Of a DNA stretch of 38,582 nucleotides, positions 29,794 through 37,322 are shown one piece after another. The notes beneath the pieces are model-generated. The model had not been told where the DNA came from. It was given only the letters and a program-made list of their open reading frames with translations, and did not search any database. The translations under genes were made by a program, and so were the position numbers. The DNA lies in the IMG/VR virus record IMGVR_UViG_3300045988_041360, positions 1 through 38,582 of that record. One strand, written 5' to 3'. The stretch comes from a virus. How positions within the stretch are numbered: the first letter of the stretch is position 1; the number at the start of each line of letters is the position of its first letter.

Positions 29794-30228
29794 TTATTCC
29801 CTCCAAAAACCGATATTTAGGGCGTGCATATCCACAAATACGCACCAGCACAACAGCAGGCTAATTGCTATGCCCATAACCAGAATCACGCAGTTCCGAA
29901 TCCGCAGACCCTTTTCCATGACGTGAATGGTATAGTTTTGCACGTCAATCATCTCCCGCTTGTTGGACAGGCGCTTTTCCAGCCCGTCCTTTTCAGCCTG
30001 CAAGGTTTCTTCCGTGGCGGTGCAGTGATCGCCGATACAAAAAAACGCGTCCAAAGACACCCCCAGTGCCGCACAGATACCAGCTGTGGTATAAAGAGCC
30101 GGGGATTTGGACGCATGGGCGAAGAAATTATTAACGGTGGAGAGGGGGACGCCGGAAGCATCGGCAATGTCCTGGGCCGTCATACCCAGCGCGTTCTTTT
30201 TTTCTCTGCATAATTCCTGAATCGTCAA
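29794..30228 (-). CDS. HTH (XRE-type) protein with a C-terminal transmembrane helix
   Basis: TTG start behind GAGGGGG; LGMTAQDIADASGVPLSTVNNFF, then a coiled segment, then VILVMGIAISLLLCWCVFV. Confidence 0.65.
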   Translation of the reverse strand: MTIQELCREKKNALGMTAQDIADASGVPLSTVNNFFAHASKSPALYTTAGICAALGVSLDAFFCIGDHCTATEETLQAEKDGLEKRLSNKREMIDVQNYTIHVMEKGLRIRNCVILVMGIAISLLLCWCVFVDMHALNIGFWRE

Positions 30229-30440
30229 AAAAATACCCCCTCTGCATGATCAGACAAAATATGGACAGGCAGAGAACCAATTTTGGCTTTGTAACAATTT
30301 GTCGGAAGGTGTCGAATACCCAAATTTGAAAATTGCTCTACCTACCCTGTTTCTGTTACGGTTACATCACGGCAAGCCAATGCCCCCAAGGCTTGCCCTC
30401 CGGCCCCCGCCGTTTGTTGCAGAGGCGGCGGGGGCATTGG

Positions 30441-30689
30441 TTAGCTAATAGCCCAGGAATTGCCGCAGTTTTGGCAAAGGCAAACCTTTTCGTTTTTAAC
30501 GACAGTCTTTTCGTTCCCCTTGCTCTTTTTCCAAACGAGATTAGACATGCCGAGAGTGCAAAACGCAGTCACGCCGCGGGCGGCATTGTTCAGATGCCCG
30601 CCGATTCCGTTTCCATGTTTTTTCGTGGAGGTCGACACTTGCTGGATTTCAATCGTTACGTTTTCGCTCCCACAATTTGGACACACCAT
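30441..30689 (-). CDS. Zinc-ribbon protein (82 aa)
   Basis: Internal ATG at 30689 behind GGGGAGAG; MVCPNCGSENV...CQNCGNSW. Confidence 0.55.
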   Translation of the reverse strand: MVCPNCGSENVTIEIQQVSTSTKKHGNGIGGHLNNAARGVTAFCTLGMSNLVWKKSKGNEKTVVKNEKVCLCQNCGNSWAIS

Positions 30690-30787
30690 AATAAATTCTC
30701 TCCCCTGTTTTTTGTATTTTCGACCGCACTTTTGTACGATAATCGACATATAGCCCCGTTACTATCAATTATTTGGAGGGACACAAA

Positions 30788-30961
30788 ATGTTGCGCAATG
30801 ACGTGAAAAGTGATACAATGATTAGAGAAAAACTGAAAGAAAAAATTCTCACTATGAGCGATGCGCAGCAAAACGCATTGCTGCTTGCCGCGCGTGAGAT
30901 CAGGAGAAAATCGAAAGAACAAAGGAGAGAACTTTATGAAAATGCTCAACAAGCAAGGTAA
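30788..30961 (+). CDS. Possible 57-aa helical protein, convergent with and overlapping the end of 30900..31193
   Basis: GGAGGG SD 7 nt upstream of ATG 30788. The overlap with a minus-strand ORF makes one of the two doubtful. Confidence 0.3.
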   Translation: MLRNDVKSDTMIREKLKEKILTMSDAQQNALLLAAREIRRKSKEQRRELYENAQQAR

Positions 30962-31193
30962 GCAAAACGCTTGTGACACTGGAGAAGCCGGCAACGACAA
31001 AGTCGTGCTTTCTCTGCTTTTGGCGATCAATGACCGCCTGTCTCTCCTTCCGGTCATTCTCGGCCTGTTGGTAGGCAACATATTGGCGAAGCTCATCGAT
31101 GCGCTTTTCTTCTAATTTCTTGAGCTGTCCGGCTGCGGAATTATCCTCGCTGATATAGCCGGTCTCAAACCCGTCCTTTAACCAATCGTTCAT
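30900..31193 (-). CDS. Hypothetical protein with a C-terminal TM segment, translationally coupled to the repressor gene
   Basis: ATGA overlap with the stop of 31190..31558; FVVAGFSSVTSVLLTLLV. Confidence 0.5.
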   Translation of the reverse strand: MNDWLKDGFETGYISEDNSAAGQLKKLEEKRIDELRQYVAYQQAENDRKERQAVIDRQKQRKHDFVVAGFSSVTSVLLTLLVEHFHKVLSFVLSIFS

Positions 31194-31558
31194 CGCTTGC
31201 TCATCAAAAATTGCGCATAGCGCAACAACTCGTTCAGCTCGGCGTCGGTCGCCGTGTCGATAAAATCAAACAGCTCTTGAACGGTAGGACTTACGCCCTC
31301 GATCTTCGGATCGGGGGTTTCTTTTATGCTCTTATCTTCCGTTTTGCCCTGGAGCCATTCAACGGATACGTGGTATTGGTCAGCTATCTGGTACAGCTTT
31401 TTATTGTACGAAATGCTGCTTCCGTTCTCCCACATAGCAACGATTGCACCATCGTTGTACCCAATCTTCTTTGCAAATTTCGTTTTTGCGCCATGCACAT
31501 ATTTCCCGTCTGGCCCTTTGGGAATAAGGCTCAATATGCGCTCCAACACAATGTCCAT
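31190..31558 (-). CDS. CI-like phage repressor (HTH only, no peptidase domain)
   Basis: KTKFAKKIGYNDGAIVAMWENGSSISYNKKLYQIADQYHVSVEWLQGKTE resembles the phage CI-repressor HTH; divergent from the early operon. Confidence 0.6.
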   Translation of the reverse strand: MDIVLERILSLIPKGPDGKYVHGAKTKFAKKIGYNDGAIVAMWENGSSISYNKKLYQIADQYHVSVEWLQGKTEDKSIKETPDPKIEGVSPTVQELFDFIDTATDAELNELLRYAQFLMSKR

Positions 31559-31582
31559 AAATAAACCTCAGATTTGTCACAT

Positions 31583-31627
31583 TTGCCAAAGTTAAAAAAA
31601 TTTAGGAATCGCTATTGCAAAGTTAAA
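31583..31627. promoter_or_regulatory. Two operator-like direct repeats TTGC(C)AAAGTTAAA (31583-31596, 31615-31627)
   Basis: Read directly in the repressor/early intergenic region; the second copy overlaps the -35 of the + strand promoter. Confidence 0.5.
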
Positions 31628-31643
31628 TGTTGTGAGGTATCAT
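31615..31643 (+). promoter_or_regulatory. Candidate early rightward promoter TTGCAA-17-TATCAT
   Basis: TTGCAAagttaaatgttgtgaggTATCAT. Confidence 0.55.
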
Positions 31644-31803
31644 ATACCTAAGCCCACCGGAAAAGGGTACACAAAAATCAGCCCCCATAAAAGCGGCTCT
31701 TGCAATGTCTTTTGGCGATTTCATTGTAATACGCTTCCCGGGTCGTGTCAAGCGTGATTTCTCACATTCATGAGGTTTCGGCGGGTATTGACTGCGGCAG
31801 AGA

Positions 31804-31922
31804 TAAAAAAACCGCCCCGAAGTCTCTGCAACAAACTTCGGGGCGGTTGGAAGCGAACTCGTTTGCTAAATGGAATACCCCTCTGCAACAGAGTACGCCA
31901 TTTGGCGCGTAGTTTAACTCCC
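31804..31922 (-). ncRNA. Candidate sRNA of about 120 nt, defined by a minus-strand promoter (TTGACT-17-TATGGT, 31957-31929) and a strong terminator (13-bp stem 31847-31811 plus T7)
   Basis: Promoter and terminator read directly on the minus strand. There is no convincing ORF between them. It would be antisense to any transcript from the 31615 promoter. Confidence 0.45.
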
Positions 31923-31956
31923 ATGCTTACCATACCACATATTTCTGCCGCAGTCA

Positions 31957-32184
31957 ATGATTTCTCACACCGAAAGGAGGGCACATGACTTGGCATTGAA
32001 GGAACTTCGAGAACGTTCCAGCCTGACCCGTGCACAGGTGGCAAAGAAACTGAATGTGGACTTGTCCTGTGTGACGCATTGGGAACTGGGCGACTGGCGA
32101 CCGGCACGGAAGTACCACAAGAAGCTGGCGAGGATGTACGGCGTGGCGGTGGACGAACTGTTCGAATCCAGCGATGGGGAATAA
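31957..32184 (+). CDS. Cro/XRE-type HTH protein (early regulator)
   Basis: LKELRERSSLTRAQVAKKLNVDLSCVTHWELGDWRPARKYHKKLARMYGVAVDELF. TTG 31990 sits 8 nt after AAAGGAGGG and is probably the real start. Confidence 0.7.
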   Translation: MISHTERRAHDLALKELRERSSLTRAQVAKKLNVDLSCVTHWELGDWRPARKYHKKLARMYGVAVDELFESSDGE

Positions 32185-32288
32185 AAAATGCCCCGCCCGG
32201 TGTAGCAGACCGGGCAGGGCGGCGGAACAAATCTTAGGCTTAGATATGTGTCCTGTGGCTATTTTAGCACAGGGGAAAGGAAAAGGCA

Positions 32289-32543
32289 ATGCCGAAAGTA
32301 AAGTTGAATCGTGACATCCGGCAGGAGCGGATCGACTTCCGCCGGAACCTGATCGAAAGCAAGGCACATTTACGGGGATACCGGAACCAGCGGAGCATGG
32401 AACGGGCTATGGGCTTGCCGGACGCATGGGTCAGCAAGCGAATCTGCGGCATAACGCGCATGACGCTGGATGACCTGGACAAGCTGGACAAGCTTTTGAA
32501 ATTTGACGCGCAGGAGTTGGCGCAGTTAGTGAGGTGCCGGTAA
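32289..32543 (+). CDS. Hypothetical protein, possible DNA-binding (84 aa)
   Basis: ORF track; GAAAGGAAAAGG upstream. Confidence 0.5.
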   Translation: MPKVKLNRDIRQERIDFRRNLIESKAHLRGYRNQRSMERAMGLPDAWVSKRICGITRMTLDDLDKLDKLLKFDAQELAQLVRCR

Positions 32544-32647
32544 TGGATCGGAGTTTGTTTTTTATAATTCTGGGCGTGGCGTATGCGGCCACGTGGCCCT
32601 TCAAGATCGTGGATTTCATTGAGAGGAGGGGACGGCATGAAGCGTGA
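32543..32647 (+). CDS. 34-aa hydrophobic peptide (not in the ORF track)
   Basis: TAATG overlap, GAGGTG SD; MDRSLFFIILGVAYAATWPFKIVDFIERRGRHEA. Confidence 0.35.
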   Translation: MDRSLFFIILGVAYAATWPFKIVDFIERRGRHEA

Positions 32648-32759
32648 CAGACGGACGCGGGAGCAGCGGAAGTCGGATGCCTCCGCATGGATGGGCTTCA
32701 TATGCTTTCTGGCGCTTTTATTGATTGCCCTGTCGTATATGGTGGTGAGTGCGAGATGA
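32637..32759 (+). CDS. 40-aa peptide with a basic N-terminus and one TM helix (not in the ORF track)
   Basis: GAGAGGAGGGGA SD; MKRDRRTREQRKSDASAWMGFICFLALLLIALSYMVVSAR. Confidence 0.45.
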   Translation: MKRDRRTREQRKSDASAWMGFICFLALLLIALSYMVVSAR

Positions 32760-32956
32760 ACGCAAGGAATCGAAAAGAGCGGATGCCGCTATCGCCCTGC
32801 CCGGTGTGCGGGACGGACAGCGGTGAGCGGGTGCAATCCACGGACGCGCCGTTTAAGCATTACGTGCGCTGCGGGTTCTGCGGCGCCAAGAGCTGCGGTT
32901 ACACCAGCCAGAACAGCGCCACGAAGGCGTGGCAGAGAGGGGATGCGTGGAAATGA
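32756..32956 (+). CDS. Second Lar-like zinc-ribbon protein (66 aa)
   Basis: ATGA overlap; SPCPVCG...VRCGFCGAKS...SATKAWQRG parallels 1099..1362. Confidence 0.5.
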   Translation: MNARNRKERMPLSPCPVCGTDSGERVQSTDAPFKHYVRCGFCGAKSCGYTSQNSATKAWQRGDAWK

Positions 32957-33162
32957 GATGCAAGGTATATCCGGTGTGCGCCCACTGTTCCACGGTGATG
33001 GACCCCGGCCTTTACGATGACGTGGCCCCTGGGTTCCTGGTGAACGGCGAGTGCTACTGCCCGGAGTGTTTCAAGGAGTGGATGAAGGATGCGGTGGACA
33101 GCGACCCGGAGACCGTTGCACGGGCCATGGGGGTGGCAATCATCGACATCCCGGAGGGCTGA
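32953..33162 (+). CDS. Small Cys-rich protein (CAHC...CPEC)
   Basis: ATGA overlap; MRCKVYPVCAHCSTV...GECYCPECFKEW. Confidence 0.5.
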   Translation: MRCKVYPVCAHCSTVMDPGLYDDVAPGFLVNGECYCPECFKEWMKDAVDSDPETVARAMGVAIIDIPEG

Positions 33163-33163
33163 T

Positions 33164-33391
33164 ATGACGCAGTGTGAGCGGATCTTGAAGTATCTGGATG
33201 AACACGGCAGTATCACACGGGCCGAGGCCATGAGTGAGTGCGGGATCGCCAATTTCACGGCGCGGGTCTCTGACTTGCGGCGGGACGGCGTGGCGCTGGA
33301 CGTGGAGACGGTCACACAGAAGAACCGCTACGGCGAGACCGTGCGGTTTGCGAGATATAGGAGGAAAGAAAATGGCACTGAAATCATTTAA
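33164..33391 (+). CDS. Winged-helix DNA-binding protein (HTH_39-like)
   Basis: ILKYLDEHGSITRAEAMSECGIANFTARVSDLRRDGVAL. Confidence 0.55.
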   Translation: MTQCERILKYLDEHGSITRAEAMSECGIANFTARVSDLRRDGVALDVETVTQKNRYGETVRFARYRRKENGTEII

Positions 33392-34019
33392 CGAGTTAAT
33401 TAAAATCGATGTGCGTCCACAATGCGATACGCGGGATGCCAAAGACGAAAACGGGAAGACAATCAAAGTCCCGTATTTGAGTTGGGGCAAATGTGTGAAG
33501 CTGCTGCACGAAAACGGAGCAAATGATGTGTGGTATGCGCCGGTGGAGTGCCCAACCACTCACACTTATCTTTGGCCCCAAGCAAAAGTGTCCACCAGCA
33601 AAGGGCGCGATACGGAATGCTGGTTTGTGCGGGTGTTGATCCACATTGACGATTTGGAATTTGTATACGATACGCCGCTGCTGAATGGATCCCTGGTGGT
33701 TTACACTGACACTCTGAACCAGCTGCGGATTAACAATGCCCTTGCCAGAGCATTTGTGAAGGGCGTTGCCATCAGAACCGGTCTTGGATTTGACTTATGG
33801 GCGGAATCCGATGCGGATGACGGCGAGGATGATTTGAGCCGCCATAGCATCTGGGCCATCAAGGAGAGACTGGAACGGCTCATTACGGCAAAAGAGCAGC
33901 GGGGTCTTGACCACAAAGATCTGCTGCACGCATTGAATATCAACGAAAAACAGTTAGGCACAATGCTTGGATATTTCGCAACGATTGATAAGTTGGAAAA
34001 GGCTGTGATGCGGCTATGA
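33372..34019 (+). CDS. Sak/Rad52-like single-strand annealing protein (DUF1071-like)
   Basis: ATG 33372 after AGGAGGAAAG; VPYLSWGKCVKLL... and ARAFVKGVAIRTGLGFDLWAESD. Confidence 0.6.
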   Translation: MALKSFNELIKIDVRPQCDTRDAKDENGKTIKVPYLSWGKCVKLLHENGANDVWYAPVECPTTHTYLWPQAKVSTSKGRDTECWFVRVLIHIDDLEFVYDTPLLNGSLVVYTDTLNQLRINNALARAFVKGVAIRTGLGFDLWAESDADDGEDDLSRHSIWAIKERLERLITAKEQRGLDHKDLLHALNINEKQLGTMLGYFATIDKLEKAVMRL

Positions 34020-34603
34020 TCCACAACCATGACCGGAGCGGATGGTTTGGGGCATCAGACACAGCAATCATCATGGGTCGGTGGGACACGGAAACATTCC
34101 ACCGCTGGTGGCTGCAAAAAATAGGGGTTCGTAAAGAACACTTTACGACGCCCGCCATGCAGGCCGGAACGGCATATGAGCATCGCATCTTGTCAGCAAT
34201 TGGCGTAAGAACTATGGACAAGCAGATTCGCATACGGCGATATCGGCTGCGGGTAAATTATGACGGCGAGTTTCCGGATACGATCATTGAAGTAAAAACC
34301 TATGGGAAACCGGTATTTAAGGTCAGCAAAGCATATTGGCAGCAATGCCAGGTTGAAATGTTTGCCAGCGGATACGGGTTTTGGAGACATCGGAAGCGAT
34401 GCAACATTGTGGCATACCGTTTGACTGAGGCCGAAATGCAGAATTACTTTTTGGCGGTGGACACCCGGCGATTATCCAGCCATGAAGTCCAGTATGATGA
34501 GTGTTGGGTGAGAGACGCGTATTTGCCAAGGCTTCGGTATTTGGCAAGATGCTTGCGGACAGGGCATTGGCCCAACATGGAGGAATTTTATGCAGCGGGT
34601 TAA
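34016..34603 (+). CDS. YqaJ-like (lambda Exo-type PD-(D/E)xK) exonuclease
   Basis: WFGASDTAIIMG, GTAYEHRIL, DGEFPDTIIEVKT; ATGA overlap with the SSAP gene. Confidence 0.6.
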   Translation: MIHNHDRSGWFGASDTAIIMGRWDTETFHRWWLQKIGVRKEHFTTPAMQAGTAYEHRILSAIGVRTMDKQIRIRRYRLRVNYDGEFPDTIIEVKTYGKPVFKVSKAYWQQCQVEMFASGYGFWRHRKRCNIVAYRLTEAEMQNYFLAVDTRRLSSHEVQYDECWVRDAYLPRLRYLARCLRTGHWPNMEEFYAAG

Positions 34604-35123
34604 TGCCACATCGTTCCGCTGGTCTATGGACAGTGCCGGGGACTGGCTCTGCGTCCAGACCAACAAAGCGCGGCAGGTGCTTGACAGCCTGAAACCCGGC
34701 AAGGTCTACGACGTGGAGATCAAGGAACACCGGGAGAAGCGGAGCCTCGATTCGAATGCGTACTTTTGGAGTCTGGCTGACCGGTTGGCCGAAAAGACCC
34801 GGATTCCCAAGACGGATATTTACCGAAGCTACATTCGGGAGATCGGCGGCAACAACGAAACGGTGTGCATTCCGGCTAAAGGCGTAGACAAGCTGCGGAG
34901 CGGTTGGGAGCATAACGGGCTGGGCTGGCTGACGGATACCATGCCCAGCAAGCTTCCGGGCTGCACGAACGTTGTACTTTACTACGGTTCCAGCACCTAC
35001 GATACCGCTCAGATGTCACGGTTGATCGATATGGCGGTTCAGGACTGCGCGGAGCAAGGTATTGAGACCCTGCCTCAGGAGAAGCTGGCGGGGATGATGG
35101 AGGAATGGGGATGCACAAAATGA
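34590..35123 (+). CDS. NinB/Orf-like recombination mediator
   Basis: EIKEHREKRSLDSNAYFWSLADRLAEKT and GSSTYDTAQMSRLIDMAVQDCAEQGI parallel lambda NinB motifs. Confidence 0.5.
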   Translation: MQRVNATSFRWSMDSAGDWLCVQTNKARQVLDSLKPGKVYDVEIKEHREKRSLDSNAYFWSLADRLAEKTRIPKTDIYRSYIREIGGNNETVCIPAKGVDKLRSGWEHNGLGWLTDTMPSKLPGCTNVVLYYGSSTYDTAQMSRLIDMAVQDCAEQGIETLPQEKLAGMMEEWGCTK

Positions 35124-35428
35124 CAAAGGCCACGTCCATTCCGCAATCCGTGAAGGTTGTTGTATGGGCGCGGGACAATCACCAGTGCGTGATCTGCGGG
35201 TCTCCCGCAGGCGCGCCGGTGGCCCATGTGGTACGGCGTTCGCAGGGCGGCAGAGGAATTGAGCAGAACATTGCAACTCTCTGCCCCCGCTGCCACCGCC
35301 TGTATGACGAGGGGCCATTAAGAGACCGCGAGCGCATCTACGTGCGGTTGGTGGCGCACATGAAAGCATTTTACCCGGATTGGAACCGGGAGGACATGAT
35401 TTACAGAAAGGGAGCTATTTCATGCTGA
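35105..35428 (+). CDS. HNH endonuclease
   Basis: CVICGS...AHVVRRSQGGRGIEQNIATLCPRCH; alternative starts at 35111 and 35120. Confidence 0.65.
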   Translation: MGMHKMTKATSIPQSVKVVVWARDNHQCVICGSPAGAPVAHVVRRSQGGRGIEQNIATLCPRCHRLYDEGPLRDRERIYVRLVAHMKAFYPDWNREDMIYRKGAISC

Positions 35429-35820
35429 ACAGAATTATTGTGATGGGCCGGATAACCCGTGACCCTGAATTGCGCCGCACCAACAGCGGCACGGCGGTGG
35501 CATCCTTCACCGTGGCGGTTGACCGGGATTTCAAGTCCCAGTCCGGCGAAAAGGAAACGGACTTCATCGACATCGTGGTCTGGCGTAATACAGCCGAATT
35601 TGTGAGCAAGTACTTCTCTAAGGGCCGCATGGCCGTGGTGGAAGGCCGCTTGCAGCTGCGTGACTGGACCGACAAGAACGGCAATAAACGCCGCAGCGCC
35701 GAGATCGTGGCCGACAACGTGTACTTTGCCGATTCCAAGCGGGACGGCGGGGACACAGCGCAGAGCGAACCGCAGGGCGGTTTCAGCGAAATCGCGGACG
35801 ATGGGGACCTCCCGTTCTAA
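35422..35820 (+). CDS. ssb: Single-stranded DNA-binding protein
   Basis: MLNRIIVMGRITRDPELRRTNSGTAVASFTVAV...DFIDIVVWRNTAEF... with an acidic tail DDGDLPF. Confidence 0.95.
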   Translation: MLNRIIVMGRITRDPELRRTNSGTAVASFTVAVDRDFKSQSGEKETDFIDIVVWRNTAEFVSKYFSKGRMAVVEGRLQLRDWTDKNGNKRRSAEIVADNVYFADSKRDGGDTAQSEPQGGFSEIADDGDLPF

Positions 35821-35832
35821 GGCGGTGGGTGA

Positions 35833-36573
35833 ATGCCGAACAGGATCATCAAGGATAGTATCAGGACGAGCAAAAGCATCAACGCAATGTCGGATTTCCA
35901 ATTCCGCTTGTGGGCGTACCTGATCACCTACGTTGATGATTATGGGCGCGGCAGCGCAGACCCGGAATTGCTCAAAGGCTTTGTATTCCCCCGCAGAAAA
36001 GGTGTGACTGAGGGAACGATCAGTAAGACGCTTGCAGAATTGGCGACCATAGGCTCTGTGATCCTCTATGAAGTTGACGGAGAACCGTACCTATGTTTTC
36101 CAAACTGGAGCGAGCACCAGACGGTGAGGAACAAAGTAAGCAAATTCCCGGCACCTGCTGACGGATTGATTACATCTGAAATCAATTGCAATCAATTGCA
36201 AGCAGGTGAAAGCAAATGCGCCCGTAATCCAATCCAGAATCCAGAATCCAGAATCCAGAATCCAGAAGAAGTAGGCGGCGAGCCGCAAACGGCATCCCCG
36301 CCGGTGGTTTCCATCCCCCTCAATGACGGCACTGAATATCCAGTGTCGCAGGAGCAATGCCAGGAATGGGCGGGCGTGTACCCTGCTGTCGACGTGATAC
36401 AGCAGTTGCGGGAGATGCGGGAATGGTGCCTGAATAACCCGGCGAAGCGGAAAACGGCGCGTGGTGTACGCGGATTCATTACCCGCTGGCTGGCGAAAGA
36501 ACAGGATCGCGGTGGCCGTAAGGGTGCGAAAGGCCCCGGCTTCAAATGCGAGGACGCTTGGGGGTATGTGTAA
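35833..36573 (+). CDS. Putative replication initiator/replisome organiser (winged-helix N-domain) containing iteron-like repeats
   Basis: FQFRLWAYLITYVDDYGRGSADPELL N-domain, low-complexity linker, C-terminal domain WAGVYPAVDV...FITRWLAKEQDRG. Confidence 0.5.
   Translation: MPNRIIKDSIRTSKSINAMSDFQFRLWAYLITYVDDYGRGSADPELLKGFVFPRRKGVTEGTISKTLAELATIGSVILYEVDGEPYLCFPNWSEHQTVRNKVSKFPAPADGLITSEINCNQLQAGESKCARNPIQNPESRIQNPEEVGGEPQTASPPVVSIPLNDGTEYPVSQEQCQEWAGVYPAVDVIQQLREMREWCLNNPAKRKTARGVRGFITRWLAKEQDRGGRKGAKGPGFKCEDAWGYV
36181..36265. repeat. Iteron-like repeats: ATCAATTGCA x2 (36181-36200) and AATCCAG x5 perfect (36231-36265, plus a partial copy at 36226-36230)
   Basis: Read directly; located in the linker of the replication gene. 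Confidence 0.9.
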
Positions 36574-36830
36574 TGGCTACGGATATTAAGCTGACGGATT
36601 GCTACATTGCTCCGTATAGCCAGCCCTGCTGGGATTGCGCAAATGCCTGCGGCGGCTGTTCATGGTCCGCAAATGGGGAACCCGTCCCCGGCTGGAAGGC
36701 GGAACCGACCATCATCCGGAACCACCTGGACCGAGGCCCGGAAAATTTCTCCGCCAAATCTTACAAAATCTATACCTGCCCCCAGTTCCGGGCAGACCCA
36801 AGGAGGGCGCATGACAAGGCTTGTAATTGA
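36573..36830 (+). CDS. Cys-rich hypothetical protein (85 aa)
   Basis: TAATG overlap; PCWDCANACGGCSWS...YTCPQF. Confidence 0.55.
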   Translation: MATDIKLTDCYIAPYSQPCWDCANACGGCSWSANGEPVPGWKAEPTIIRNHLDRGPENFSAKSYKIYTCPQFRADPRRAHDKACN

Positions 36831-36948
36831 TGTCCATGAGGACGGTGACCTGCTGGCAACCAAAGAGGCCGTGGCCATGCTGTTGGAGCCTCTGGGCCGC
36901 GTCCGCGTGGTCAGTGTCATTACCAACGGCAAGGAGGAAAAACGGTGA
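36811..36948 (+). CDS. 45-aa hypothetical protein
   Basis: ATG 36811 after AAGGAGGG; MTRLVIDVHEDGDLLATKEAVAMLLEPLGRVRVVSVITNGKEEKR. Confidence 0.45.
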   Translation: MTRLVIDVHEDGDLLATKEAVAMLLEPLGRVRVVSVITNGKEEKR

Positions 36949-37322
36949 TTGCATTTGAAATCCCCTATCCGGCAACAAAGCGCGGTAAAGCGGCGTGGAA
37001 CAAGCGGTTTGGTCTGAACGCGTATTACGCCGGTAAACATTGGTCACAGCGGAAGAAGGACGCGGAAGAGCTGCACGAGCTGGCCCACTGGGCAATGCGT
37101 AAGGCAGGAATTACAAAACGTCTGGCAAATCGCCCCGTCAAGGTGACGTTTTTCTGGAATGACAATCTGGACATCGACAATCACGGTGCGCTGGGCAAGG
37201 CCTTTGTGGATGCGATGAAAGGCTATATTTTGCCAGACGATAACCGTAAGTGGTTTCAAGCCGTGGAACACAAATTTTGGAGCGGAGATACGATCCGCGT
37301 GGAAATCAAGGAGGCAGAATGA
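36945..37322 (+). CDS. RusA-like Holliday junction resolvase
   Basis: GTGA overlap; NLDIDNHGALGKAFVDAMKGYILPDDNRKWF resembles the RusA D-x-D-N...DD catalytic region. Confidence 0.55.
   Translation: MIAFEIPYPATKRGKAAWNKRFGLNAYYAGKHWSQRKKDAEELHELAHWAMRKAGITKRLANRPVKVTFFWNDNLDIDNHGALGKAFVDAMKGYILPDDNRKWFQAVEHKFWSGDTIRVEIKEAE

Noticed and set aside
30861-31115. + strand ORF 30861..31115 (84 aa), and ORFs 31211..31564 and 31326..31595 opposite the repressor gene
   Set aside because: There are no SDs, and they are antisense to better-supported minus-strand genes with coupling signals and recognisable HTH content.
31748-32230. 160-aa minus-strand ORF spanning the switch region and the cro-like gene
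   Set aside because: It runs through a terminator hairpin and the + strand HTH gene. Its product is R/P/S-rich and has no SD. The region is better explained by regulatory elements and a non-coding RNA.
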